Assembly (NCBI GenBank): GCA_000320545.1
Contig: ADNK01003464.1
Coordinates: forward strand, 1-64,000
Length of the DNA stretch: 64,000 bases
Source of the DNA: Bigelowiella natans CCMP2755
Lineage: Eukaryota > Protista > Cercozoa
Reading direction: 5' to 3'
The position numbers and the translations under genes are program-made. The stretch's first letter is position 1, and every line of letters begins with the position of its first letter. Below the pieces are notes generated by a model. That model ran no database searches. It was not told the origin of the DNA and saw nothing but the letters and a program-made list of their open reading frames with translations. Positions 12,704 through 25,935 of the stretch are shown piece after piece.

Positions 12704-14515
12704 TTGATTGCACTGCAATATTTATTTGTCTCTGAGAGTATAAAGTTATTAGCTTTTCACGGACAGCAGCAACAAACAACAAGTGCTACCAATGCCGCGC
12801 GAATCGCAGAGCCTTTTTCAATGTCAAACAGCAATATTGAGCCTGAGGAAAGTTGTTTTGGAAGATAAGGTAGCATTGGGTTGAAACTAAGAGAAAATAT
12901 CGTAGAGTCGAAGATGTTCAACTGCAAAATATAAATTATGAGTTGTTAAAAATCATTGTAAAGTTATTGAAATTACCGTCACGTGTCCCTGCAACCATCC
13001 TGGGCATACTTCCAGTTGGACTTCCCACGTATTTGTGGCAAAAGAAAGTTTTAATACCGTACTTTCCTGACGGAATAATCAAACTTAAACGAATATGAAA
13101 GAGATGTAATAGAGTTGTGAATGGTGAAACATTCATATTTGCAGTGTTTCTTTTCACATATTGCAGTATCTCTTTTCACATGCAAAAAGAAGCCGACGAA
13201 GATAATAATTAGCTTTGAAGATCTTCCTTAGTGTTAGTCCTAATCTATTTACGATTACGACCAGATTTAGCCCTTTTTTTCTTCAAACCTCCCTTTTCCC
13301 CCGCACCACTCGGAGGGGTAAATGTCCAAAAAAATACGTGGCGTTTCCTAAAATTGAAAATGTCGGAGGGAAAAATGTCCAAAAAATACGTGGCGCTTTC
13401 TAAAATTGAAAATATCGAAAATATGTTTAACTATTTCTTTAAGTATATTTCCTTTTGTAGTAATACGACAAGAGCACATGAAAATACTGTGTTTTCAGAA
13501 GGATTCAAATTCGGTCATACTTTGCTATGTTCTTCCTTTTATTTCCATATATTTTATTTATTCAATTCATTTCCATCACAAGTTTACCCTGTGGTGCTAA
13601 ATTGATAGCCTCCTTTCGCTTTTGTCTTCAAGGGCATCCACTCAATGCAGTATATGGTGTTTGTATCGCCCTTTAGACATTAATCGTAAATTAGTTGCAA
13701 TATTACAATATTCAAAACTACCCCAAAGCTATGTTGTTAAAATGAACGATGGAATTCTAAACATGTGCAAAATTAATAACTAGATGATGATTCTTAATTC
13801 TTGAGTGTTCATTCATTGTTCAACAACATACATAATAAATAGTGTGAAGCTAACCTTCGCTTCAGCGATCATTCGACGTCGGGACCAGTCCCATACAATT
13901 ATTGTATTTGATCCATCAGCACCAACAGAGGCCAAATATCTAGATTAGGTGAATATTATTACCATACTAGTGTTGATGATGTGTAGAAATTTAGAACATC
14001 TAAAGCTATAAGACTGAAAGGAGGAGGACAACGGTTTTGGCAAATATGCTGAGTCTAATAGTCACTTTTCAGTTATGCGTCTGCTGCTTCTTATTTATGA
14101 ATACCATATGAATTCATTTATCACTCAATCATTGTAGAATATGGATTTAAGAATAAAATAGTGCTGATATGGACGGACAAACTATGAATGCATGTATTCT
14201 TTATTATATAATTCGGATAGTTATATGAATACAACATTCATATAAAACATGTATCTCTTCTTCGTAACTATTTGTACATACTTCCCATCTGGACTAAAAG
14301 CTACACAGCGAACAGCACGCCTATGAAGGCTTGGCAGACGAATGATGTCGCCTGAGAAGAACCGTAATACGAAGAAGAGGTGATACGTGTAGGGTTTGTA
14401 CACAACATCACAGATCGCAGAGTACATAATAACACAAAGCATACATACATGCTGCTACCCCCTCCTCCTGGCACACTCGTCGACATTAACCCTAGCATTA
14501 AAATTCATCATAGCT

Positions 14516-14587
<72 letters not shown>

Positions 14588-16157
14588 TTAAGTAATATTC
14601 CACATACAAGCACGTAGACAAGACAAAGAAAAACCAACACATGCTACCATCCTTCGTCAGCGCAGTCCCAAAAAATAATATGACTATAGCTAATACCGGT
14701 TGTCCCAAAAATAATATAACTACAGCTAATACCTAGAACAACTCTACTACCTGTGGATACATTCGTGACACAGATGTGCGGGTGCTGCGACTTTCCAGAC
14801 ATGGAAATGGTGGCTACTTGACCCGTTGCGACAATATCGGAGTTCAATGGATGTTTGCAGAGACAGAGAACATCATCTGTATGGCCTTGGAACTGTTCCT
14901 GAGCTCCGTCTAGAATGTAGGCAGAAAAGAACAACGACGGTACTACGTATAAGAGAAGTATGCCCACCCGCATCATCTATGATATATCTTTCGTTACTTT
15001 CATAGTCGAGAGCAAGAACAAATCCCGCCATGGGGTAGATGACACGGCCACGTTTATCCAGAGATAGGTTATCGCGACTGTCGTGCCTAATATTCATACG
15101 CAGAGATAGGTTATCGCGACTGTCGTGCCTAATATTCATACGCAGCTGTATTTAATTCCTGGGTATAGTTGCTTTGATGTTCTCAAATGGGTAGATGCAT
15201 CAAAACCATCCGGTGGACACTGCATAATTCATTGACAGTATATTCTTTGAGCTGCGTTGTTATCTAGGGTTATCCGCTAGTATTTTCTCATCAGTAATTT
15301 TCATACCCTCGATAGCCATAAACCCACTCGACTTCCAGCGTTTGTTTTGGAAGACGAGGATTATTTGTTGGTGCATTCGTCGGTTCCTTTAGAGCACCGA
15401 TGTATGGCTTCACAGCCATCCAACCCTGAATTAATTATACCAAGAAACAATCCGAGGACTAAGGAATTAAGGAGACAATCTCACACGAAGATGCGAAACG
15501 AAATACGGCGAATATGATGATGGAAATAGCAGTCAAGAGAAAGAGAGAGAGGCAGAAGATAACAGAAGTAGATAAATTGAAATCGAAGTAACAACATATA
15601 ATGACACATTACTGCTTTCACCACCAGATGAAATATTATGATACCTGTCCCTCTTCACCCTCGACATCATCGATCAACTTGGCGGCAGGAGCGTTTACTT
15701 CAGGCGCGCTCCCCTTACCTTGATTGACATCATACTTTCAACATATTTAGCTTGCGTGTAGTTTGCGTGTGATATCTTTCGGAGTAGTAATTTTGTGCAT
15801 ATCTATTTTATTCTCCAATAAAGGAAGGGGCTAGAACCTTCTTCTTCTTCTTCGTCTGTGCTGTCATCATCATCATCTAGCACCACAAGTTCACTGTCAA
15901 CTCCTACAGGTCCTGAAGGAGTAGAAGGTTTTTTCGCCTCTACAGATTTATCCTGGTCTTGGCCGCCCAAATTAATCTTTGACAGCTTCCTTTGAAGGTG
16001 AACGAGGCTTTCGAAGTCATCCATATCAGAGTCATCTTCTGATGCGCTGGAGGATTATATCAATAAAAGCGAAGTTAGAAATTGGAATGTTTTAACAAAG
16101 ATGACTGTACCCATCATTGGCGGTGTAGTATTCTTGTTCGTTGGGTTCGTTCTCCAT
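9903..16157 (-). CDS. Echinoderm microtubule-associated protein-like (HELP + WD40) with polyQ linker and C-terminal SAM domain; multi-exon, start approximate
   Basis: HELP motif LEVEWVYGYRG/HDSRDNL; WD repeats FQGHTDDVLCL..HP..IVATGQ, SSITSLDWSSDSRQLRTN, WGTQGVWDSDMDGTDVNAVD, VSGDDHGNVNLMRYP, FSGHSSHVTRVRF..VLSVGGNDKSVVQWKV; SAM-like tail WDEKQTMEWLKSV..IEEQELMGIDL..DLISYGITKGGQRKRVMRAIKLL. Confidence 0.92.
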
Positions 16158-16380
16158 AATGACGGTTGGGATTAGTGATGAAGCGTTCTCTCTCTCTCTC
16201 TTTCTCTCTTTCCCCCCTCTCTTGAACGAAGAAGGAGCAATGGTTAATATCTTCTAGTCGCAGATGTCAACGTAACTACTCCTCGTACCGTACTTGTCGT
16301 ATGGGTAGAAATTCATGCCAATTCTTTTCTGCGACAAGAACCCTCCGTAAAACCTCCTAGCCTTCGAGTCGTATACATGT

Positions 16381-16644
16381 AGACCACCGAGGACATAAAA
16401 CTGGGATTTATCTAGCCCGGGTGCTCGAAAAAAGGCTTACAATTTGACAAATCCCAGTTGTTATTTCTTTCGGTTCACAAAACTGGGATTTATCTAGCCC
16501 GGTTCTCGAGAAGTAATCCCGGGTTAACCGGCACCTGTGATTCCGATACATGTACCCAAAAAACACCTAAAAAGAACGAAAACCCGGGATTACTTCCAAG
16601 CACCCGGGCTAGATAAATCCCAGTTTTTATGTCCTCGGTGGTCT
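16381..16644. mobile_element. MITE-like non-autonomous element with about 45-nt terminal inverted repeats
   Basis: agaccaccgaggacataaaactgggatttatctagcccgggtgct (16381-16425) matches the reverse complement at 16599-16644 with one indel; internal third copy of aaactgggatttatctagcccgg and an internal inverted pair aagtaatcccgggtt/aacccgggattactt; no clear TSD. Confidence 0.8.
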
Positions 16645-16799
16645 GACCGAAGTTAAAATCAGATCTATTTGCAAGGTTAGTTTCAAGTCCATGGAAGTGT
16701 GGTAAATCTACTGCAACTAATCACATGCGACAAAGCATAATGAATTAATTCTTGACAAAAAAACAGATAACTAGATGCTGATGCGACAAGAGTTTTTCC

Positions 16800-16850
16800 T
16801 GGCATCTTGTAGGCCTCGTTGGCACAGGTGGCGCACCACCCTGCCAGCGA

Positions 16851-16894
<44 letters not shown>

Positions 16895-18770
16895 GCGTTG
16901 TCCCCTGTGAGGGACACGATCCCATCTCATCCAATGATGCGTGAGGACGAGTCTTTTCTTTCTTCGGACCCGTTGTCTGTCCAATGAGAGAGCGAGAGGG
17001 TGTCAATCGTCACGGCCCAAACGCAGACATGCCACTGCATGAATGTGATGGACACAGCAATGCACAATGTGTGTCACACATGTAGTGTGTTGCATGTCTA
17101 TCACAAGTGTACCTTGCAATTTCATGGACTGCCTTGTGTGTTGCACGCTCAACAACATCAATCCATTCGTTTCGGTTTGGGATCATCGATGTGCACAAAG
17201 CTAGACTCTTCATTGCACATGCACAAACAACAAGCTTCTTGCATGCATGAGCTGTGCACAACAATGTCATTCGTCCCATCGTGTGATCACACCGCCCGCC
17301 AAACATGTGCACTTGATCAAGTCGTGCACAACCCTGCGCGTGTGTTGTGCAAATCCATTGACATGATTGATCATGCTTCAAGTGACTCTTGATGTCCTTG
17401 ATGCATGTGACATGCACTCCACTTGGACAGATGCGGTCCATGTTCATCAGGGTGTCGTTCAACACGCTCACTCCTTCTTCTTGCAACAACCTCTTTGACT
17501 TCGAATGAACGTGAGATCGTGCGAGTGCAATTGCTGAATTGATCAAAGAACTCGAGGAAGGAGTCGGAAATCGTCGCAGTCGTCGCTGCATTGGAAATCT
17601 CGGGTCAGACAAAACCATGGAAATGTTGAAAGAACACAGAGAGAACATGATGGAAAACGTGAGGGGTGAAGTGTCCGAACTCTTCATTCGTCGTCACGAG
17701 AGTCTGCTGGATGATTTCGAGAAACTTTGGAAGATCGTGTTTGAGGTGTCAACGGACTTTCACAACGAATTTCGCAAGATGACTTCAGAGCAGATTTTGA
17801 AAATTTCTGATGTCGTCAAGAACATCCATCTGGAGTCAAGGAAACCTGATCATTGGAATGAAAAAGATGATTGGATTGAATGGAAATTTGAGTGTGTCCA
17901 TGAATCCTCAGATTCTGATGATGAATGAGGTCATGATGCTGAGGATTCCGATGCAGATGATGATTCCAATTTCAAACAGTGATGACACATCTTTGAATTC
18001 TTGCAAATCGAAAACTTGATCGTGTGAAAACTGTGCACGTGTCCAAAAACGTGTGAAAACATTGAAGCTTGCAAGGTGCATTTGCGATGTGGCAATGACA
18101 GAAAAATTCATCGATCTCATGCAAAGATGTGCAATGGGGCGCTGAAGCATTCAATTGATTTCATCCGCGTGTGACTGCCAGTCGTTGCATGCATCGCAAA
18201 TGGCACAATGACACAACCACTTGGAACATGGAGAAGACATGTTTGGTGCATGTGAGGAAACTGAGAACCTCACTCCGGCCAAAATTTTTGAGCCATGCTT
18301 GCAATGGACACAGCAATGCACAATGCATGTTGCACACACAGTGCATTGCATGTCTGTCATGAATGACACGACACCAACACACCAAAACAGTGCAAAGAAA
18401 TTGCGATGACATGACCTCAAACGTGATCAACCTCGAGAGAGAATGAGGCCTGGCTGTGGAACAAAGTGAATGAGCAGATTGCTGATTCGAACGAGCAAGA
18501 GGGCACGCTAGCACGTTGTTTCTGGTTTTTCATGATCGACGCTTTTGGTGATGCAAATGCTCTAGTGCTGTGCGAGTTGCCCCCCCTACAGCAGCGGGAA
18601 AAAATGAATGACATCATGGTAACGAATTCTCTTCCGCATTTGAGAACGGAATTCATTTTTTTGTCATTGCCCAATGGGATTGCTGCAGTGTGCTGCTCAC
18701 ATGCTCAGCTCAGAGAGCAGCACGTGTGACAGTGACGCGCTGGCTTGCGAACACAATGGAAACATGCACA
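16800..18770. other. TpA-depleted intergenic island 2
   Basis: No TpA seen from about 17205 to 18507; the few survivors nearby are often CTAG/CTAC. Confidence 0.92.
17392..17982 (+). pseudogene. Fossil intronless ORF of unknown family, Tyr-free, with in-frame TGA codons
   Basis: One frame of about 195 codons with protein-like composition (..AELIKELEEG..LLDDFEKLWKIVFEVSTDFHNEFRKM..KPDHWNEKDDWIEWKFECVHESSDSDDE), interrupted by TGA at 17506, 17512 and 17926. Confidence 0.6.
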
Positions 18771-18871
18771 TGATGTACAAATCAGATGCAACGATAAACG
18801 CGTGTTTTTCAACTTGCCCTTGCCTCGGTCATTTTTGTGCAATGATTATTGCAATGTCCAAAGGGCTCTGT

Positions 18872-19996
18872 TCATGGCACCTTCTCTTCCCTGTGATTAC
18901 TCTTCTCATAGTCAGCAACAAGATCCATAAGTGATTTGACATGAGGGTCGTCGTCAATGACATCATTCTCTTTCAAGGCATGGGCAAGTTTCCGCAAGTA
19001 ATCCACATTACGCCCGCTTGGTCCAACTGCTTTTGCTGCGTTAAAGCATGAAGAATACATATTTAAATAAATGGAAATGGGATCATATGTAGCAGAAGTA
19101 GAAGCAAGTGTCCTAAAAACCAAGAATAAATGCACCTATTATTTGCGCGGTATTTTCATCTTTCGGTTCATGAACATAGGCCTGTTATCACAATGATTTA
19201 TTGGCACACCGCTGGGATCGCATTTTTTTTGTCACCAATCGGACATAAACAAAATCATACCTTGTTGTCATTGGTTCCAATATACACGAGGACTTTTGCT
19301 ACTTCTTTCCCCTGCTTGTTGTATGCTGCAACGATACGCTGTGAGTAGCCTCCTAGTATCAGTAAACCATAACCATCAGTTGATCCACTGCGTGCGATAG
19401 CAGAGTCAATGGCCTCACTGATTATAAGCACTTATCATTTTACTACTGCTGGCGTAAGATGTGCATATCAGTCAAACAGGAATGAGTTTGCTGTATTCAA
19501 CCTCGAAAACACTTTCACATTTTAACTTTCCTCCTAAAACCCAATATTTATTGAAGACGTAAAGTTGATAACCTTTTTCTCTCTTATCCAAATATTTGAT
19601 AACTTCTTGTCTATCATTCTTGTGTATCCGAAAAGCACATCCCCATGTTGAGCACTATTTCAAGAAATACATTTAAATGCACAACTAATATTGGCCAAGC
19701 AAGTGGGCGTATATGCGTATTAAAGTAGAGAATAGAATAATGCGAAAATTTATCTATATAATGATTAGTGAAATGTTAAATAGTCCATTGGTTTCTTATA
19801 ATTTACTTTCTCGTCTGGCACCAGAGTTACAACTCTTCCAGGAAACTTTGGCGTGCCTCGATGGTCTATGGGGTAAAAATAAACTTATTCCTGCACACAT
19901 ATTTATATAATATATATTTTTGTTTACATAATTAATTATGTGATAATATATACACATATATGTACATTTTTATACATGAAGTGTTTATACTAACAT

Positions 19997-20047
<51 letters not shown>

Positions 20048-20733
20048 ATGTGCATATGTGTGCGCGTGTGCGAATTTATCAAAATTCCTAAAAGTTTTTC
20101 ATTTCACTTTCTATTATATGGAGAAGAGATGATAGTGGATTTGATATTCGCGTTCTCTCATTCTCCTATTTTCTCCCATCAACGACCCGTAGATGCCTGC
20201 CAGAATCGCCTTTTGTATCCCTTAAGGCAACATACCTTGCGGTGAAAGTGTAATGTATTAGACAAGTACTAATAATCGAGCTATTACATCGTGAGAAGTT
20301 CATAGTAGTAAGAATCATCCTCGATACTATTCTCTACAGACAAAAATTTCACACACAAGCATTATTCCTTTTTTGTTGAGGAGATTCAACATCATGAATA
20401 AACTGTGTTACCCTTTTCTCAACGAATGAGAACCCCTGCTTCCACATCAAGCTACCATACCTACAGCACGAGGATGATCGATTATGCTAAATTCAATTCG
20501 TGGCCGAGCACCACAACAGCTACTACTACTACTACTACTGCTACTACTACTACTATTAGCACCAATAAAACTACAACTGATGTAATTACTACGACTGCTA
20601 CTTATATGAATGCTTACCCAAACACCCATAATGTCTGCAGAGTTTGCAGTTCTGGACAGGCCACGGCAACTTTACCAGACCAATCATCTAGAGATCCATG
20701 CATCTCGACCACAAATAAAAGCCCAATTGACAT
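18872..20733 (-). CDS. CHAC: ChaC-family glutathione-specific gamma-glutamylcyclotransferase; multi-exon
   Basis: WVFG/YGSLMWK, GYKRRFWQAST/DHRGTPKFPGRVVTLVP, TWGCAF..YLDKREK/GGY, AVGPSGRNVDYLRKL; start Met at 20733 or 20703. Confidence 0.93.
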
Positions 20734-20764
20734 TATTTCATAAGAACAGTGGATCATCGAGGTA

Positions 20765-20826
<62 letters not shown>

Positions 20827-21039
20827 GACACACACATTCGAGGGGGCTACTACCACACGAACGAGCACAGACGTGTTTGGATGTCATGAAAAGAAGGTAA
20901 ACTCGTGGTTGCGACTTCAGCATTTCATTGTCTTATCGTGCAGTCATCAGCACATAATTTATCATAAAAAAACAGGTAACTTTTGGATGCGACTTAAGGT
21001 TTTCATTGTCTAAATAACTGTACAATCATCAGCACACAC

Positions 21040-22720
21040 CGTTCGGGCCCAGCTTCCCCGCAGCAGGGAGAGTCTCCCGTGAAGATCTTCACACACGAGA
21101 CTCATTGGAGTCGATGAAGCGGAGTGGATCTTTCGACGCGCAAAGGAAGCTACACTGGTGCACGATGATGAAACCAGAGGGAGAAGTTCGAGAGCACAGG
21201 CAGTGAAGACCTTCACACACGAGACTCATCATGCAATGGCGGCGGTCAGACCTCTAGACCTGGCATGGGACCGGCCACACGTGACCAAAAAGTGAACTTG
21301 AAAACAAAAACGTCACACGCTGGCACGCCCGAGACCTGAGCACGTGGTTGTCCTGACTGTCCTAGCGATGGACAGTCCCAGACTAGCAGAGTCGGGAGCA
21401 CCAGGTGCGACCAAGTCAAGTGGGAAACCTGCGAAGACATTGAGTTCAAACTTCACTTTTTGTCACAGCGGCCTCAAGTTTTGCCACAAATTGACCTCCA
21501 CTGGCTCCAGCAAATTCCAAAGTTGAGTCGTTTTTCTCGAAACAAGTCAAAACGTGTTCAAGGCTTCTGCACGTGCACGAATCGTGCCGTGCCGCTGCGT
21601 TGTTTCAGTCTTTCAGGAAACGTGCGAAACCGTGAAGTTGTTCCCAGGCTTCGCTCCGTTGTCTCGTGCGCTGCAAGTGCAGCTTGCGTTGCCGCCTGCT
21701 TCGTGCACCCAGTCACCACTGTGATCGACACTCACAACACGTTGTTTCGTGAGTGTGTGCCAGTGTGGCCCATGGCGCAGACAACGGCCTTCGTGCGCGT
21801 GGCCCTCTTGAACGCTGCGCTGGACGTGCAGTGGCAACTTGCAAGTCGCCCATGATCGCACGTGTGTCGATCATCAATTGCATGCGCGCCAGAGTGTTTG
21901 ACTCTTTCCAGCTTTGCGCGTCATCCCTGCGCATTGCAACGCACTCAGCAGCACGATGATGGACACAGTGATGTCACATGTCCACAATGAGCACCTCTGG
22001 ACCTCCTGCTCAATGGACGCAGTGATGGCATGCGTGATGCACACGTGATGTTGCATGTCCATGATCACGCGCTGCATTGCACGCGACAATTGCGCAACGT
22101 GGTTGTGCATTGTCAATTGTCCGCACTGGCGCAAATTGATCGATGAAACCGTGTGCTCAATTCGATGATGGTTGTTGCCTTGTTTGTTCGATGGACATCG
22201 GCCGTGCGACCCCGCCACTGCGACTGGCGGGCCACGCTGGCTCGCGCCCCCGGCAACAAAGTGCAACACGCACGCGTGTGCGTGTCATTCATGTGCGCAG
22301 CGAAGCATGTGATCGATGTGCATCGCACACGTGCGCATGCTGGCATGGCTGATTTGCACGACTGGCGGGCTAGCTAGCAAGAAAAATGGATCAGGCGGAT
22401 CCGACCTGCGAACTGCAGCGTGACATGCATGCGATGCAACTATGAGCTGATGAAAGACATTAAGATCGACTAGTCGACATGCACGTCTGGATTTGTGCAG
22501 TGCACTGGTGCATGTCATCATCTAGATGTGCACACGCATGCCAAAAGTTGTTTGTGCGCAGCTAGCACGCTAGCATGCTGTGCATGTGCCTTCACAGCGC
22601 AGGCAGCCTGCAGCAAATGCATCACACGTGGTGGCACATCTAGATGTTGATTGGCTACCGCTGTGCAGAGCCGCATGGCTGCTACCTAGCTACAGATTCT
22701 GCTTGCATGTGAATCCACAC
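21040..22720. other. TpA-depleted intergenic island 3 (probably decayed repeat/TE sequence)
   Basis: TpA almost limited to CTAG/CTAC (e.g. 21253, 21362, 21383, 22370-22377, 22522, 22562); CpG-rich. Confidence 0.88.
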
Positions 22721-22884
22721 GTTGTAGCTCCATATTCTGAGCGTTACTAGGTTAGGACAATGCAATTGATGGCGATGAGACAGATTTCTTATATTCTATC
22801 TCATTTGTGAGATACATGATCATTAGCATCCCATCATTTGTTACCATTTTAGATGATAAATTTGGACCAAACCGATTGTCTATG

Positions 22885-23059
22885 TTACGTTCTGGGAGAA
22901 AACTGAAACAAAATCAATGTTAAGTTACAAGTGTCCGTTGAAAAATAAAGTCAAAAGTATGTAACCATAATTCATGAGTGGCTAGTTAGGAATAAATTTA
23001 GGAAAGTATAATTCATAAAAGCTACATATGACTTCTTCATTGCCACCATCACATTATTA

Positions 23060-23095
<36 letters not shown>

Positions 23096-24399
23096 TATGA
23101 CCATTATTATATCAAAATACGAACCTTTCGTCGAAGTGCATCTATCTTTAACCCAGTGAGATCACCACCCTTTTCTCCATTATCGTTATCATTCATATCG
23201 TTAATGCCAGGTATTGCAGGTGGTGCTCTTTTTGGCTTCTTGGGTATTAATCTCCTTTTATTTATGATGCTTTTCTTCCCCCCCCTTGATGATGATGTGG
23301 ACGAAGAAGTAAAAGATGATGACATTGTAATATCAGTTGCAGTAGGAGTAGAAGTAAGTCCTCCTCCAGTCTCTCCTTTCTTCTCCCAATTCCTTGCCGC
23401 AGCTAACACTAGAATAAAGTGAAAAGAGTTAAATTAGGCAGAGAATACAAACAGACGAAAAGAGAGACAAATAATGTTGATAATAATACAGTGAATACCG
23501 TAGGGATTCTTAACTATTTCTATTCGGGAACCACGATTCATTATTAATCATCTTGCTTGAATAAATACAGCTACTATTCTATCGTCCCCCTTTAATTCTT
23601 ATTTTAGAAAAAAATTTAATGATAACACACATGTGCTAGTAAGTATTATTGTTATCATAACAACGACTACCGATGATCTCATCAGCTGTCATTCTAGATT
23701 ATGCTCTTGCATCATCATATTCATCATCATTATTATGAGCACCTGATGTTCGCGATAGCTGGTGTTGCTGCTGCTGGTTGCGCATTGATGATGATGATGC
23801 CGTAGCAGTAGTTGTGGTAGTAGCAGTAGACATAGTAGGAGAAGGAGTCGTGTGATTTTCATTCTTTTGCTGCTTTTCCTCCTCCCCCTTTTGCTCTTGC
23901 TGATGCTGTGATGACAAGCTACCAGCTGATGGCAGCGGTGAGGAGGAGGAGGACAACGATTGTGCGAGATACGACGAAGAAGACGAAGCATTATAATTAG
24001 AGTCTTGAATCGAGGAATTATTATTCTGGCCCGAGTTCCTTCCTTCTCCTTTTCCTTCATGCTTATAATAAGCAGAAGCAGTAGAAGCAGTTCCTTCATG
24101 CTTATAATAAGGAGTAGCAGTAGAAGCAGTCCTCATTTGTGCTGTTGGAGCTGCTGGATTGTTACGCCTTTTTGGCCGTGGGGGTGGTGGAGAAGAAAGA
24201 GCCCGTTGCTCTTTTACAGCAGCAGACGCAGCAGCCTCCGTTGTATGGTTAGAATAGCTTTCACCTAGATGGTTTGTCGTTTTTTGGGAGTAGTAGCGGT
24301 GATGATATGAAGTAGTAGAAGATTGAACTCGATGGGATCTCCCCCCCCCTCTTCTTCCACCAATATCACCATATTCTTCATTATCGTCATGGAACTCGT

Positions 24400-24432
<33 letters not shown>

Positions 24433-25316
24433 GTTGACATATACTATTATTATTGCTACTGCTGCTAACACGTGCTGGAGGAGGAGGAACCACGTACGTT
24501 ACAACATCTGCCAGTGCTGCTGCTGCAGGACGACTGCTACGATTTTTTGGAGTAATTTTCATCCTTGATCCTTTTCTTTCTTGAATTTGTGGTAGTAGTT
24601 GTTTAGGAGTAATATTAGCTTTTGGTTTTGAAGAATAATTTATGGCGGAAGATGAGGAGGACAAAGGAGTATAGGTAGCAGCGCGTTTAGAACGAGACGC
24701 TGGTGGTGGTGGTGGGGGAGGTGGAACATCGTCTCCTCCTGGTGGTGGTGATGATGATGATGATGATGGTTGTTGGTTATTATTACTGTTACCAGTGCCT
24801 TCATTCTTATTGAAATTATTCAGTAGTAGAATGGGAGACGATGAAGAAGTAGGACTGGATTTGTTGGGAATGGGAACAGATACTGGAATACTATGATGAT
24901 AAAAACATAACAATAACAACAACAACGAGAAAGGAGAGGAGAGGAGAAGTGGAGGTGATGGAAAACAAAGTCCAACAAGTGAAAACATATTTAGTTCATG
25001 CAATTATATGGATTATAAACAACGAAAAAGAAGCAAAAGAATGTACTAGAAGGTATCATGGCAAATACAACGAACACTATTGATTTGATGTTATCCATCT
25101 CTTCAAAGAAGTAAGCAGCAACTGTATTTTCTTTTTTTGGTGAATATACGATAACATAGAGTAGAAGTCAGTCACCACCACTTTGTTGGCACATAAGCAT
25201 ACATAGAAGTATGGGCTGCGGCTGCTGCAGCTGCTGTTCTGTTTCAAGAATCAGCGCTATTCTTAGATTATTTGTAAGTTGTTTATATGGAAACGTCCAT
25301 CGATTTATACATATAT

Positions 25317-25398
<82 letters not shown>

Positions 25399-25882
25399 CT
25401 GCAACAGTAAATGTTGTCTCATATTGATGATGATGATGATGATGATGATGATATAACCACCATTTACACTTTATGCCGCAACAATAGAAAGTAAGCTGCT
25501 CGCATCATAAGTGATACTAACTAACTGTAATACCGTAACTAACTAACTAACGTACGTAGTAGTAGTAGTAGTGGTAGTAGTAGTGGTAGTAGCAATACCG
25601 TATCGTAGTCAGAGAAGATGGCGTGTGCTGGTGTTTAGGTGGGTCTTTGTGCATAGTATCGAATTTCTGAATTATTAATTACCAACATACCACAACAACA
25701 CGCAAGTAGTAATAACATAATCTCGATCAATTGTACTGATTACTACCAACAACTTAATACAGTACTCAATGGACAACATTTTTTTTAATTTTGTCATTGA
25801 TGTGTAATATTCATTACTAGCAGCGCGTTGCTTTTTTAATCACAAAAATCGTTGTATACTATATGAAAATCACCACAGATAT

Positions 25883-25935
<53 letters not shown>

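Noticed and set aside
21246-22521. Many overlapping Cys/His/Met-rich ORFs in the islands (also 53926-54835, 58891-59772, 61393-63107)
   Set aside because: Without TpA, TAA and TAG stops cannot occur, so all six frames stay open. No recognisable domains.
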